NCBI GenBank assembly: GCA_951406725.2
Contig: OX597825.1
Location: forward strand, 34,968,001-35,032,000
Length of the DNA stretch: 64,000 bases
From: Octopus vulgaris
Taxonomy: Eukaryota
Reading direction: 5' to 3'
The notes under the pieces are model-generated. The model saw nothing but the letters and a program-made list of their open reading frames with translations. It was not told where the DNA came from and made no database searches. Both the position numbers and the translations under genes were made by a program. Of the stretch, positions 12,278-26,639 are shown piece by piece (within the stretch, counting starts at the first letter, position 1; the number at the start of each line of letters is the position of its first letter).

Positions 12278-14765
12278 AATTGGTAGGGATTTCAATAATT
12301 ATGGTTATCAACCCAGTGACACTTCAGCTTGTATTTAGCTTGAGACAGATACTAATAAAAATTCTTAGCCTATCATCTGGTCTGTAGAAGAAGCATCACA
12401 GTATTAACTTTCTTTAAATGATATTAAGTACTCTGCAAATCCATATTCTGTAACAACTCTTGTTGTACATGTCAAGGCAGACAGAACTATTGATAGTTCC
12501 AGATGCATGAGGAAATGGCTGGTAATAAAGCACGTAAAATCTCACATATTATGTTATTATGTAACATGTCATGTGCAAATTAACTACCATGCTATTGAAA
12601 CATAAGTAGCATTTATTGAGAAAAAATGGTTATCAATTCATTAGGCACAATATGGCCAAATGGTTAAGTAATTCTGGGTTTGATGTTACTGTGTGACATC
12701 TTGAGCAAATGTCATTCCTTATAGTCTTAGGTTGACCCATTACTTGTGAGTGAAATTGGGTAAATAGAAACTGCATAGAAGCCCATCAGATAAATTGTAT
12801 CTGTAATTCAAAAGGAATAACTTTGTTACTAAATGTATTATACTAATTCTGTCTGAGAATTAAGTTAAAGCTATATGTGTTTATGTAAGGCTCAACTACT
12901 TGTTACTTCAGGAGCAGGTACTTCATTGATGAAACAAATGAATTCTCATTGTCTGATGATGAAAACCCACTATATGTGTGTGTGTATGCACGTGCATGTA
13001 CAGGCACACATACATGCACAATGTGAACTATAATATGAACTTAACCTCATGTTACTGGTTTTAAATTTGATGACGATTTAATTACATTATCATTCTTATA
13101 AACTCTTGCTCACAGGCAGAGTCAATGGTTGGTGTGCTTTGAAACGAGGGAAACAAAGGACACTTTTTATGTCTTGGGCAAAAGCATTGAACAATAAGAA
13201 CAAAGATATTGCAGCGAAATAAATTGTTGAAGAGTTTCTGCAGTTGTTACATTGTAACAATAAATTATAAGATATGTAAACTTGAAAATCTTCAACAGAA
13301 GCTCTATAGCTACATTTATGCTTTTAATACTATCCCCTCGCACCACTCATACATACACATGTACATTATGTTGATAGATAAAGATACACACACTCTTTCT
13401 CTCTCATACACATTATTCTTTTAATATTTTACTGGTTTCATTCATTGGACAGCTGCCATACTGGAGCACCAGGTTAAAAGGTTTAGTGTATCATATAAAC
13501 CTCAGTACTTATTTCAAGCACAAACACAAAGTCATACCATAAACATATATAACAGGCTTCCAGGAGTTTCCACCTACCAAATTCATTCACAGGGTATTTA
13601 TTGATCTGAGGGTATAATAGAAGACACTTGTTGAAGATGCTGCATTGTGGGACTGAACAAAAATATCCATGTGATTGCATAGCAAGCTTCTTAACTACAC
13701 AATTCTGTCTGTGCTTATATTCTAATCTTCTCTAATTTTCCATTAATTCAAGTTTCTTGCCTGGAGATGCAAAACATGAAATATTACAAATGTTATTGAC
13801 TATAATTATCCTTTTTTATTGGCCACAAGGGCCGAAATTTGTGGGGAGGCAACTTGTTGATTACATCGACCTAAAAGGTAAAGTCGATCTCAGCAGAATT
13901 TGAACTCAGAACATAACAACAGGTGAAATACCATTAAGCATTACATCTAGCATGCTAATGATTCTGCCAGCTCACTGTATTGAGTACTTTTAGTTCATTC
14001 ATACAACTTTGCAAATACACATACACATATGTAATTTACTGTTCTTTTCATATGGCACTACAAGAAGCCCCTTCTTATTTTTGTACCAAACCAGCAAAAA
14101 ACATACTTTGGGTATATTTTATTTGATACGATTCCTGTTTAATGAAGGATGTTTGGTAAAAAAATGTAAATTATACATATACTTTAAAAGATTTATCTTT
14201 ATCAATGTAATGAACTGTTATTTTGGTCTTCATTTATATGTTTCAGGACAAAGGCTATGTCCATGCAGGAGCACTGCCAGTCACTTATTCATGATTGACA
14301 ATCTCTTGTAAATGATTGTCAGGGCTGTCCAACTTATACTTCAGTTCTTACAATCATGCGTAGAGAATAGCTGGAGGATATATTAGTGTTAACTGTTAGT
14401 TAATATGAGGATATGTTAGTGTTTAGCAAAATTAGGTGAATAGAATGTAAACAGATAGAACATCATTTTGCAAATTCTATCTCTTAATTTTTCAAGCTAT
14501 GTTTGATTGTTTCTACATACATGTCTGTTGGTATATGAATATGAATAGTCATGTAAATGACTTTTATACACTCACCAAGTGTATTTGTTGGAGCATAGTT
14601 ATTGTTTTATCTCTTACTTGTTTCAATCAATAGACTGTGGCCATGCTGGAACACTGCCTTGAAGAATTTTTAGTTGAATGAATTGATCTCAGTTCTTATT
14701 TTCTAAAGCCTAGTACTTACTCCATTGGTCCTTTTGCTAAACTGCTAAGTTACGGGAATGGAAGA

Positions 14766-14806
<41 letters not shown>

Positions 14807-14945
14807 TATATATATCGTCGTTTAACGTCCGTTCTCCATGCTAGCATGGGTTGGACGGTTCGACCGGGGTTCTGGGAAGCCAGAAGGTTGCACCAGGCTC
14901 CAGTCTAATCTGGCAATGTTTCTACAGCTGGATGCCCTTCCTAAC

Positions 14946-14977
<32 letters not shown>

Positions 14978-15297
14978 GGGTTTATTTCAGTTTCTGTCTA
15001 CCAAGTCCACTGACAAGGCTTTGGTTGGCCTGAAACTATAGTAGAAGACACTTGTCCAAGTAGTCACACAGCAGGATTGAAGTTGGAACCATGTGGTTGG
15101 GAAGCAAGCTTTTTACCACACAGCCACACCTGTGCCTATCTTTTATTTTAAACATGTTTCAGTCTACAGCCATACGTAAAGGATTTACGTGAACGCAACA
15201 ATCCCAGAGAGTTTTTAAAAATCTGGTACTTATTCTGTTGGTCCATTTTGCTGAACCACTAAGTCACAAAGTCACATACAACTCAATACAGGTTGTG

Positions 15298-15341
<44 letters not shown>

Positions 15342-16120
15342 GAATGAACATAAGGACATACACACACATATATACACAATAGGCTTCCATACAGATTGGT
15401 ATTGGTCAGCCTAGGATTATAGTGGAAGCCACTTGCCCAAAGTTCTGCTTTGTGGGACCCAACTGAAAACCATGTGGTATAAATGATATAAAACTATATA
15501 TGATGTTAAACAAATGATTGACAACGTTCTAAAACAAGTGATTGACAACATTCACAAATCAATGGACACAATCATTGTTGTGAAATATCTTTAATAATAT
15601 ATTATTTTAAATTTCAGCATAAAAGTTTTATCATCCTTGGTCTAAAGGAATTATAAGCTACATCATTCTTACCTTTCCCAAAGGAAATAGCATAGCAAAA
15701 ATAAAATAAAACAAGTGATGGATTTGTGTTTAAAGTTTCAATGCAGATAGTATCTCCATTTAAGTCCTCCACTTGCTCTATGATGCTTGACAAAAATACA
15801 ACTAATTTTTTTTATATTATTAATTAATTGGAAATATTTGGATCAAGGCATTACAAGTATAGTCATCTATTGTTGTAAATTAAATAAGAATCAAACAAGA
15901 AAGCAGAAAAATCCATCGGTTAAAGAATTTGAGGCATTTTAGAAAATAAACATTTCATTACACACACACATATGTATATATGGAGAAAGTTGTGGTAGTG
16001 TGTTTATATATCAATGTATTTATATGTATGTATATACATGTGTCTGCATATATATATACATACACATACAGGAATACATATATATGCATAAATATAGATA
16101 TACATGTGTGTGTATATATC

Positions 16121-16264
16121 AATATTTAGCAGAAATAACAAAGTAACTCAAAGGTCAAAAGTTTTGGGTGTTGGCACTTACTAAACTTATATCAAAAACT
16201 TTCATAAGTGCTAATGCACGAATCTCTCTGCTCTTGAGTCACTCTCTTACCTCTGCTAAATATT
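16121..16264. mobile_element. Small degenerate hairpin/MITE-like element (related copy about 19025-19120)
   Basis: Imperfect inverted arms of about 60 bp, starting AATATTTAGCAGA and ending TCTGCTAAATATT; GACTCAAAGGTCAA...CTTGAGTCACT core shared with 19045-19105. Confidence 0.55.
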
Positions 16265-16331
16265 AATAAAAGTATATATATATATATATATTCACGTTTT
16301 GAGTTCTAATTTATCTATTTGTATCACCAAA

Positions 16332-16395
<64 letters not shown>

Positions 16396-16463
16396 TATAT
16401 ACATACACACACACACATATATATATATATACACACTTATATATATACATATATACATATATC

Positions 16464-16660
16464 CCACCATGTTAGACTGCTGAACTCTGCACAGTTTTTT
16501 CCTCTCTCCATTTTTTTCCCGTTATTCCTTTCTGTCAAAAAGAGCAGGCTCGAAACGTAAAAGATTTTCCATTTTTCTTGAGTGTAAGCACTAATGCACC
16601 TGCTTGTTGCTCCTACACCTGTCTTTGATTTTTGTATTTTTTTTGGAAAATTTGAACTAT
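16464..16660 (+). mobile_element. Penelope-type 3' tail fragment with degenerate hammerhead-like core
   Basis: TTTCTGTCAAAAAGAGCAGGCTCGAAACGTAAAAGA followed by a pyrimidine-rich tail; between TA microsatellites. Confidence 0.55.
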
Positions 16661-17401
16661 GTATGTGTGTATATATATATATATATATATGTTGACATTT
16701 ATAATAGTTTATAAAGACAATATAGAGAAAGTAAAAACTTTAAAAAGTAGCTTATTAGTTAAAAAAATAAAACAACTTTAATTAAAAGTCGTGAGAACCT
16801 TTGCTGCTAGAGGTTGATGACAATAATACATGTGAGAATAAGAAACTGATTCATTTATAGAAATAATAATTCTGAGCTCTGTTTCATCATGGCCTTAACA
16901 CTTGTTTTTCTTCAAATTCTAATGTCTTTTGTTAGATCAGTATACAACAAAAGTTATACATAAGCTTGTGTATGTGTGTGTGTGTATTAATATATATATA
17001 TGTATTAATATTCATATAAATATGAATGTGTATATATATATACATGTGTGTGTATATATATATGTTTGTGTCTTTTTTACCTGTGTTTGTCCCCCACTAC
17101 TGCTTGATAACTGGTGCTAGGGGTGTTTGCATCACAGTGAATTAGCAGTTCAACGAAGTACTGGTGTCAATTCATTTGACTGAATTTCCGCAAGACAGTG
17201 CCCCAGCATAGTTGCAGTCTACTGACTTGAACAAGTAAAAAAAATAAAAGATTTGTCAAGTGGATTGCTTAAAGATTATGCAAGTTTTTTACCCCATGAA
17301 CCAGTGGTTGGCTTGTTGATCCATAAATAAAAAATATTTATCCACCAAATGCAGTGTTGAGCACCCATTTTCATTCTTTGATACTACTGCATGTGCCTGT
17401 A

Positions 17402-17458
<57 letters not shown>

Positions 17459-17748
17459 CCATGTTTGTTTTCTATTTATGGTTAGTATATATGATTAATT
17501 AGAAAAGCATTTTAATTAATACTTTTGTTTAATTTTTATGGGTAAAAAAAAAGAGATTTTTCAATGCTCTAGCTGCTATCCAAGTCAACTAACCTCTATA
17601 ACCAGCTTCTGTTGACTTATTGATCTTAACAAAATCTTTCGTTGCTGAAGCAAAAATTTATGGTATTAACATGTTTTGCTCATTTATCTTACAATGAGTA
17701 AATAATGTTAATTGTGCAATTGAATGATTTTTTTCTATGCATATATGT

Positions 17749-18093
17749 GGCGCAGGAGTAGCTGTGTGGTAAGTAGCTTGCTTACGAACCACATGGTTCT
17801 GGGTTCATTCCCACTGCGTGGCACCTTGGGCAAGTGTCTTCTACTATAGCCCCTGGCAAGCCAAAGCCTTATGAGTGAATTTGGTAGATGGAAACTGAAA
17901 GAAGCCCGTTGCCATGATAGATCGTTAGCCACTACACACATTTTTTTTCTCTCCTTGTTTTCTGTGTCCCTTTCTGTAGAAGAGCGTAGGCTCGAAACGT
18001 AAAAGACTTTTTCTATTCCTGAGCGTTATACTAATACATATGTGTTTTGCACACCACCTGTCTTCGTCTTTTGTTGCTTTTTTCGTAAACTCT

Positions 18094-18129
<36 letters not shown>

Positions 18130-18378
18130 GTATGTGTGTGTATATGTTTATGTGTGTATATGTTTGTGTGTCTGTTTTTGTACCCCCCAACATCATTTGA
18201 CAACCAATGGTGGTGTGTTTACATCCCTGTAACTTAGTGGTACGGCAAAAGAGACTGATAGAATATGTACTAAGCTTCCCAAAAATAAGTCCTGGGGTCG
18301 ATTTGCTTGACTAAAGGCGGTGCTCCAGCATGGCTGCAGTCAAATGACTGAAACAAGTAAAAGAGAATAAAAGAGAAT
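17749..18378 (+). mobile_element. tRNA-derived SINE family A, near full length, with a nested insertion
   Basis: Pol III A box TAGCTGTGTGGTAAG and B box GGTTCATTCCC, internal TA/TG microsatellite, tail ACTGAAACAAGTAAAAGAG; many homologues in the window. Confidence 0.85.
17911..18097 (+). mobile_element. Penelope-type 3' tail fragment nested in the SINE microsatellite
   Basis: TTTCTGTAGAAGAGCGTAGGCTCGAAACGTAAAAGAC (17971-18007): GAAGA...GAAA-CGT-A hammerhead-like core with palindromic ACGT stem III. Confidence 0.6.
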
Positions 18379-18398
18379 ATGTGTGTGTGCGTGCACTT

Positions 18399-18435
<37 letters not shown>

Positions 18436-18783
18436 GGTTTTGTATATACAAACAAGAAAATAGAACTCAAAATATGTATATATAGAACTCAAGGGCCAAG
18501 AGTCTTGTGCAATGGCACTTTATCAGTGCTGATTAATAATATCAATGCATATATGAATACACACACAGATATTATATATATATATATATATATACAGCAA
18601 TATGAGCTTTTATGTGGGTTGAATTTAACTTTGTGACCCAGTCTTTGAGCACTATTTATTTCCACATGGTTCATAATATTATAAGAGAGTGCTTTACTCT
18701 AAGGGGTTATTGTGGGTTCTCATGCACAGGCATCTCCCTTGATTTATTGATAACTATGTCTATATATGTATACATATATACGT

Positions 18784-18859
<76 letters not shown>

Positions 18860-19469
18860 ATAGTACTAGAGTCAAATCATTTTATACAATAAATGTTTGT
18901 TGCAATTTGTTATCTAACATGAACATTACCACATGTGTGCATGCACACATGCAAACATGCATGCTTTGGTAATATAAACACCAAAATAGAAGTCAAAATA
19001 TGAGAACATACATATTTTTTTTATTTCATCAGCAAAAGCTACAGAATGACTCAAAGGTCAAGCGTCTAAGTGCTACAGTACGAAATTCTTGGCCCTTGAG
19101 TCACTTTGTATCTTCTACTGGACACTGCCAAAATCCCTGATTGATTGATTTTTGGTATGCAGAATTTTAATAAGATCAGTTTATATTTAAGTGTGAAATA
19201 CACTTCGAATTGCCTTTGAGCAAGTTTGCTGTGTCAAATAGATTTTTCAGTATTCTTCTTATGAAATGGCACATGTTTTGCAGAGAAATTATTTTAACTG
19301 TTATGAACAAAACTCTTTCCAAACATTTGAACCAGAAGGAAATCTTTAAAATCATTCAACTGTGTTTACAGATTGAAAATATTCAGTTTCTCAAGAGTTA
19401 TAAAATTAGCAAAAGTACAGGTTCTTTGCAAAAACTTTAAATGTATGAAATATCGTGTGTGTTTATAAA

Positions 19470-20045
19470 TACATACATACATACATATACACATAAACAC
19501 ACACACATATATGTATATATATATGTGTGTGTGTGTGTATGTATGTATGTAAGTATATATAAATATATGTCTACATATTTATGTGTATATATATATATAT
19601 ATATATATTCACACGTCTAAATGTATATGTATATGCTAATATATAATTGTTTATATCTCCATAGGTAACATATGTATATATATATTTAAATATATGTATG
19701 TATATATATGTAAATATATGTATATATATATGTAAATATATATATATATACATATATATATATATGTGTATATATATATGTAAATATATATATATACATA
19801 TATTTATATTTCAATAGGTAACAGGTTGTGTATATATGTATAGATTTATATGTGTGTATATACATATATATGAATATATATTTATGCATATCTTGTGTGT
19901 ATGTATGCAGATATGTATACACATACACATATATATATATATATCTATATCTCTCTCTATCTCTCTCTCTCTATATATATATATGTCGATGTATACATGT
20001 TTATAAGCACATATCAACTATGCTTATATATATATATATATATGT
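19470..20045. repeat. Degenerate TA/TACA microsatellite field
   Basis: Continuous low-complexity TA-based repeats. Confidence 0.9.
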
Positions 20046-20577
20046 GTTCCGGATTTTTGTTACATTTCTGCCCTATGGAATTTTAAAACTTACCACTCAG
20101 CTGGCTCACATCACCCACCACACTCTCTCTTTCTTATTACCTTCTCTCTCTGCCTCCCTATCAATCTTCATGTCCCTTTCTATGGTTTTATTTCTTTTTT
20201 CAATTTTGACATCATAACTTTTGACATCTTTGTTTGAAAATATTTAAATATTTATTTATCTTTGTTAGTAATTCTGCCACATATACCTCTGATAATTTCT
20301 TTCATAAAATCAAACAAATATGTTTATACACATACGTTAACGCAGAAACATATATTCACATAGAAATACAAAGGGAAAACATTGTAATTTTTGTTTATAT
20401 GCATTTTGAATGTGTTGTCTTTTTTTCTTTGCCTTTCCACATAAATATTATCTTAATAGGGAATTTTCTGGTTTTCTTCTTCATTGTGTTATATATTTCA
20501 CATGTAGTCAGTCACACTACTGTTAGCTTTACTGAGTATATGCATATGTGTGTGTATACACACACATACAGACACAC

Positions 20578-20608
<31 letters not shown>

Positions 20609-20704
20609 TATACATACAGAGAGAGAGAGAGAGAGGTTAAAAAGCATGTATGTAAAATATATATACATGCAGACATATAATTATATACATGAAGTATATG
20701 ATGG

Positions 20705-20744
<40 letters not shown>

Positions 20745-21038
20745 TATATATAAGCATATATGTGTATACACACATATTTATATACATGAAGTATATGATT
20801 ATACATGCTTATGTGTGTATGTGTGTGCGTGTGTATATGTATATACATATACACAGATATATATATACATATACATATATATCTATATATCTGTTGATAT
20901 ATACATATATGTATACACACATACATATATATACATAACATATATATATATATGTGTGTGTGTATATATATGTATATATATGTTCTTTCCTTATTTCCAA
21001 ACTGTGTCACTGTTTTAACGAAAATACTTATATACTTT

Positions 21039-21052
21039 TTTATTTATTTATT
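21039..21052 (-). promoter_or_regulatory. Candidate polyadenylation signals for NCX
   Basis: Overlapping AATAAA hexamers on the minus strand about 110-125 nt after the stop codon; a chance match is possible in this AT-rich context. Confidence 0.3.
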
Positions 21053-21162
21053 CGTTCATTCATTCTTGTTGTTGGTTGTGAGTGTTGTGTTCAAAGCTGT
21101 GGTAGAAGTACATCAAGCTTCTTGTTCAACCGCACTATTGTTATGACAAAGCATTCTACATG

Positions 21163-21306
21163 CTACAACACGTCGAGCCAAGGGAGAATTTTGACATCAT
21201 ATGATTTGGCACCAATTATGCATATATATGTTACCCATAAGAGAAATAAGAATAGGCTGCACATCCGTGAAACACACCAAGATCCTCCCAGCTCACCACC
21301 GACGAT
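21163..21306 (-). CDS. NCX: Na+/Ca2+ exchanger, terminal coding exon
   Basis: tttacag|ATC GTC GGT GGT GAG CTG GGA GGA...TAG = IVGGELGGSWCVSRMCSLFLFLLWVTYICIIGAKSYDVKILPWLDVL*; GGELGG motif plus last TM helix; phase 0 matches the previous exon. Confidence 0.92.
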   Translation of the reverse strand: MVGGELGGSWCVSRMCSLFLFLLWVTYICIIGAKSYDVKILPWLDVL

Positions 21307-22078
21307 CTGTAAAGAAATTATGAGACAAATATAGAATGTATAGTAATATCATTGTTAAGAGAAATGTCACTGGATACAGGAGACAAAAACAGAATAGCAT
21401 ATAGGAGATATTATGTGAAAACACAGGAAATGCATTTGATAATTCTTTTCTCAGGCTTATTTTGGTAGAAAGGGACAGTACCTATGATCTTTGTAGGCTC
21501 TCTAAGACTGATGAGATCTTTCTATAATATTTCCATTCACATCTTGGATGCTCCGTAAATAAATCACTTCTAATCCTTCACTGATACTTTATCTTATTGA
21601 CCCTAAATAGATGAAAGACATAGTTGACCTCCCTTCTTATATTTCTATTCATGTTTTGGATACCTTATATGAATATTAAATCAACCTCCTTACATTTCTG
21701 CTTTGCTTTATCAGTCCTGTGACGATAACAGCAAAGCTGATAATTTTCCCTCTATCATAATACCATTCACTGCTTGAATGCTTTATAAGAATATTATATC
21801 ATCTCTAGTACTTGACTGGTTCTTTGTTTTATCAACCCTGACAAGATGATGGCAAAGTTGACCACTTTTCTTGTATGATAATTCTATTCATATCTGGAAT
21901 ACTTAAGAGGAATACCAAACTGACTCTAGTTCTAGAGTGGCACTTTATGTTATAGACAATATTTACCTCAGGAAGATTAAAGGTAAAGTTAACTTAGGTA
22001 GTTTTTAAACTCAGAATGCAAAGGGTTATAAGTAATTACTGTAACATAGTTTGTCTAACAATTCTGCCAAATCCTCTC

Positions 22079-22306
22079 TTAACTCTTTAGTATTTAAACC
22101 AACTGTATCCAGCCAAAATATTCTACCTGTTTTATATTCAAACTGACTAGATCTGGTGTTTCACACCTACCCTACAATGTCATTCTAAAAATAAACAATC
22201 ACATCATCAAAATCTTGAAGTGACCAGATAATACATGATTAATTCAAAGCAATGTGAATAAATAAGCATTACATTTGACAGAATAATCTGATTGCTAAAG
22301 GGTTAA
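22079..22306. mobile_element. piggyBac-like MITE (other copies about 24574-25166 with a SINE inside, 42667-42892, 58657-58835)
   Basis: TTAA-CTCTTTAG...CTAAAGGG-TTAA termini; shared internal CACACCTACCCTACAATGTCATT core in all copies. Confidence 0.65.
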
Positions 22307-22459
22307 TGATATAAGTACTTTAAAAAGCCATGCTCTTTTTTTTCCTTTTTTTCCTCTGACTGTCACTCATAAAGTGCAGTTGAAACTATTGTATTTAAAA
22401 GTACAAATTTTTGTTGTTGTTGTTGTTTTTATCATCGTCGTTGTCATCATCATCATCAC

Positions 22460-23151
22460 CATCATATTTTAATGTCCACTTTGTCATGTTTGAACTTCTC
22501 TCCTACTATTTCAATTGGAACAACTATGTGTTTATTCTTTCTGCCTATCATTATCTTGCTTTTTACATCATTTTTGTTTCTATTTTCTTTTACACACAAA
22601 ATGTTCTTAATCAATATCATTGGCAAAAACAGAGATACTAAATTCCTTACCTCCTCTCTCATGTATTCCAGAAACGCATTGCAACAGAATAGTGAAAATG
22701 CACCCTTTTCTGAACCTGACAAACCAGTCACTTGTAAACTTTTTACATGTTAATATAACGTATTATTGATAAGCTGGTGTTATATTTTCTCATAATAAAC
22801 CTCAATTTCTCTCCACGTCAATTTCTCCCATCTGTGTTTTTCTGAGCATAATTTTAGTATAATTTTTATTGTTGGTTTCATTCAAGCAAGGGAAACATAT
22901 AGCAAAACCTTATTCTGATGGTTAATTAAACTAGTTTTATGATTGTTTTCACACTGTTTGATATTTCCCTTCTCTGGTTATTGTATAAAATTTGATTCAG
23001 TCCCATTTTATGGGCCATTCTCCAGCACATGAAATACTGTCTTTTCAGTCATTGAACTGCAGCCATGCTGGGACACAAGTTTGAATGGTTTAGGCAAACA
23101 AATAAACCCCAGTTTTCAAGTGATGGTGAGAACAAATACAAATAAACATTT

Positions 23152-23193
<42 letters not shown>

Positions 23194-24573
23194 GCACACA
23201 CACACAATGAATTGCCACACAGTTTCCATCTACAAAAATCATAATGCACTGATTGGCCCAATGCTATAGTCAAAGGCACTTGCCCAAGGTGCCATGCGAT
23301 GGGACTGAACCTGAAAGCATGGTTACAAAGTGAGCTTCATAACCTCACAGCCATAGTTGTAAAACAAATTTTACAAAGATTATCAGTGATATGTTCATCT
23401 TCCTACTTTAACAGTTCTACATTATACAATATAACCTGTTCCAGGTGAAATATTTACTTTCCTAATTATTTGTGTAACTTCTGAGATGATTTCTTTCTCT
23501 TGTACATCAAAGGAAGTTTTCTTGCTTAATTCTTTTAACATGTTGCTATCTACCTCCAGTTTGTGTCTGCAACATTCTTCAAAGTATTATTTCCATCTCC
23601 TTTACTTCATTTAGCTTGCTTAGCAGGTTGTCATCAACAACTTTATTTTTAGGTATCCATTCTTTGGTTAGCTCTTTAACCATTCGATATGTTTTCTTAT
23701 TTCATTTCCTCTGTGGATTCTTTCTGTTTCCTCACATCTTTTGATAACCTATGTACATATCTTTTCCTGCCCAAATCTCCTTTTTCTAAAACTTTCCTCT
23801 TGGCCAATTCCTGCAGTTTTGTTTACATAAAGATTTTGTTTCAGATCTCTTCTTTCATCACAGCTAATTAAAACATATTTATTTATATGGATTCTTAACT
23901 TTTTTCTTTCATACAAAGAGTTCTGACAACTCTTGTTATTCTTCAAATGCACCTGTTAATTCTTGAACCTTGCTTCTAATTATAATAATAAGGATTTTAT
24001 GTGAGAACACTTCTTTTATCTGTGCTTTAAATTCTGCAATATTCAGGATTTAATATTTTTCAGGGTAGTATTTTATTTTCAAAGCTTAGTTCTTCATGAA
24101 TGATTCGAATTTAATTTTTATTGTCATAATTAAAAGTTCATTAATCCTGCTTATATTTGCACCTGGTAAAACTTGGAGCTTTAGTTTCATTTATAATCCA
24201 CTGTTATCTTTTTTGGATGAGAATAAAATTAAACTGGTTATATTATATCCCCCCTAGTAAATTCCAGTTTATAGCTCTTGATAACTTGCACTGTGTATCA
24301 GATATTTGCTATAAATAGCTTGTGTTGTTTTGGAAATGCTAATTATACTCCCCTGTTATTAGTTTTTTTTATTTATTCCAATTCATATTTAGCAACAGTT
24401 CACTTCCAAGTTTCAGGAGCATCTGATACTATTTTTGCATTCCAATTTAGCTTGAATTATAAATACATCTTTTTCATTATGTTTGCCAACTTTCGCTTCT
24501 TGTGGATCTTGGTAGAATTTCTCCACCACTTATTCATCATTATAGTTGCAAGTCAGATTGTACATTTGGGTGG
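22460..24573 (-). mobile_element. Highly decayed RTE-clade LINE (endonuclease plus RT), interrupted by a SINE at about 23040-23355
   Basis: Broken minus-strand frames give VEKFYQD..., KDVFIIQ..WNAKI, KLFIAN, FILIQKR (APE domain) and FLEYM...KIM...IEIVGE (RT region); many stops and frameshifts. Confidence 0.6.
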
Positions 24574-25291
24574 TTAACTCTTTAACACTCAGATTGCTTA
24601 TTCATTCCTATTGTTTTGACTTAACCATGCATTATCTCATTGCTTTGAGATTTCAATGATGTGAGTGTTTATTTTCAGAATAGTATTTTAGGATGGGTGT
24701 GAGAGGCCAGATCTGGCCAGTTTGAACATAAAACAGGAAGAATGTTTGGACTGAGTAAAGCGTAATGAGTAAAGAACACCTTCAGTCATGAATGACCATG
24801 GGATTACACCTAGAAAGTTACCCTCTGAGGCATACAAGTCCAACCAAGGTTGTTTATAGAAGACCAGCAGTTGCCTATACATACCAGCTTCCCTTCTCCA
24901 CATCACTGATGTTATCCAAGGGGAAGACAAAGGCTGATACAGCTTGGTACCAGTAACATAGCAACTCCTTTCTACAGCTGAGTGAACTGGAGCAATGTGA
25001 AATAAAGTGTCCTTTTTTTTTTCTCTGTAGTTTCAGCTCAGAGCTGCAGCCATGCTGATGCTCAAGAACACAACATACAGTCATGATTGTGAGCCTGATA
25101 CTCTAACCATTGAGCTATGTGTCTTCACAGGGGCTGGGTACGGCTGGTTTAAATGCTAATGGGTTAAGATCTTGTATGGCTTAGTTGCTTGTCTTGCACT
25201 GCATATTCAACTGGAAATCAGTAAACAATGTTATAAATTCGATGCTTTTGCCAAAGGTAGCATTTGGGATGTATGTAAATTTTTTTTTACA

Positions 25292-25723
25292 AGCATGGCT
25301 ATGTGGTAAGAAACTTGCTTCCCAGCTACATGATTCTGGTTTTAGTCCCACTGCATGGCACCTTGGGCAAGTGACTTCTACTTTAGCCTCAGGCTGACCA
25401 AAGCCTTGTGAGTGGATTTGGTAGACTGTAACTGAAGGAAGCTTGTCATAATATGTATGTATGTATATATGTGTGTGTGTGTGTGTATGCATGTATGCAT
25501 GTATGTGTGTATGTATGTATGTATGTATGTATGTATGTATGTGTGTGTGTGTGTATGTGTGTATGTATGTATGTATGTATGTGTGTGTATGTATGTATGT
25601 ATGTATGCATGCATGTATGTATGTATGTATGTATGTGTGTGTGTATGTATGTATGTATGTATGTGTGTGTGTATGTATGTATGTATGTGTGTATGTATGT
25701 ATGTGTGTGTGTGTGTGTGTGTA

Positions 25724-25754
<31 letters not shown>

Positions 25755-25970
25755 ATGTATGCATGCATGCATGTATGTATGTATGTTTGTGTGTTTGTGT
25801 TTGTCAACCGATGCTGGTGTGTTTATGTTCCCATAACTTAGCGGTTCAGCAAAAAAGATTGATAGAATAAGTACCAGGCTTAAAACAAAAAGTGCTGGTG
25901 TCGATTCATTTGATTAAAATCCTTCAAGGTGGTGTCCCAGCATTATCACAGTCTAATAAGGTAGAATATA
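25292..25970 (+). mobile_element. SINE family A with expanded (TATG/TG)n centre (25451-25790)
   Basis: Same head and tail as the 17749 copy; about 340-bp microsatellite in the middle. Confidence 0.8.
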
Positions 25971-26299
25971 AGATAATGAATCATCACCAATCTCAGACTA
26001 GATTCGGTTTATATAATAGATAATAAATATTTCAGACATTAGTACTAAGCCATACATTATTTAGGGTTAGAGGGTTGATTAAACTGATTTAAGATTATTT
26101 AGGGTTGATTAAACTGAGCTCCAGTGCTTGACTAGTACATATGCATTATTGTAATGGCATTTGAAAGATGAATGACAAAGTTGACTCAGATAAGATTTAA
26201 ACTCAGTATATAAAAGGGTAATAATAATATTTTCTTACATGGGCACAAAGCCATATAAGTTTTGGTGGGAGATATATGGTTGATTAAAAGGGTAAAGAT

Positions 26300-26630
26300 C
26301 TTCTTTGGTCATGAATGGCCATGGGATTACACCTAGAAAGTTACCCTCTGAGGTACAAATGCAGGCAGAGAAGGTTGTTTATGGAAGACCAGCAGTCGCC
26401 CATGCATACCAGCTTCCCCTCTTCATGCCACTGATGTTATCCAAGGAAAGGTAAAGGATGATACAGCCTGGCACCAGTGATGTCACAACTCCTTTCTACA
26501 GCTGAGTATACTGGAGCAATGTGAAATGAAGTGTCTTGCTCAAGAATGAAACACACAACCCAGTAGAAGAATCAAACTCGCTACCTTATGATTGTGAGTC
26601 TGACACTCTAACCACTGGGCCATGTACTTT
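26300..26630 (-). mobile_element. tRNA-derived SINE family D (other copies 24775-25130, 60366-60699)
   Basis: Head TGGCCCAGTGGTTAGAG...GAGTTTGATTC; body CTTGAGCAAGACAC...TTGCTCCAG...CAGCTGTAGAA; tail GGTAACTTTCTAGGTG. Confidence 0.8.
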
Positions 26631-26639
26631 TACTGCCTT

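Noticed and set aside
12380-12455. Further degenerate hammerhead (GAAGAAG...AGTATT...AGTACTCTGC-AAAT)
   Set aside because: Both core halves are mutated and stems I and III cannot be assigned
20954-21334. 126-aa plus-strand ORF
   Set aside because: Antisense shadow of the NCX terminal exon plus microsatellite; no recognisable motifs
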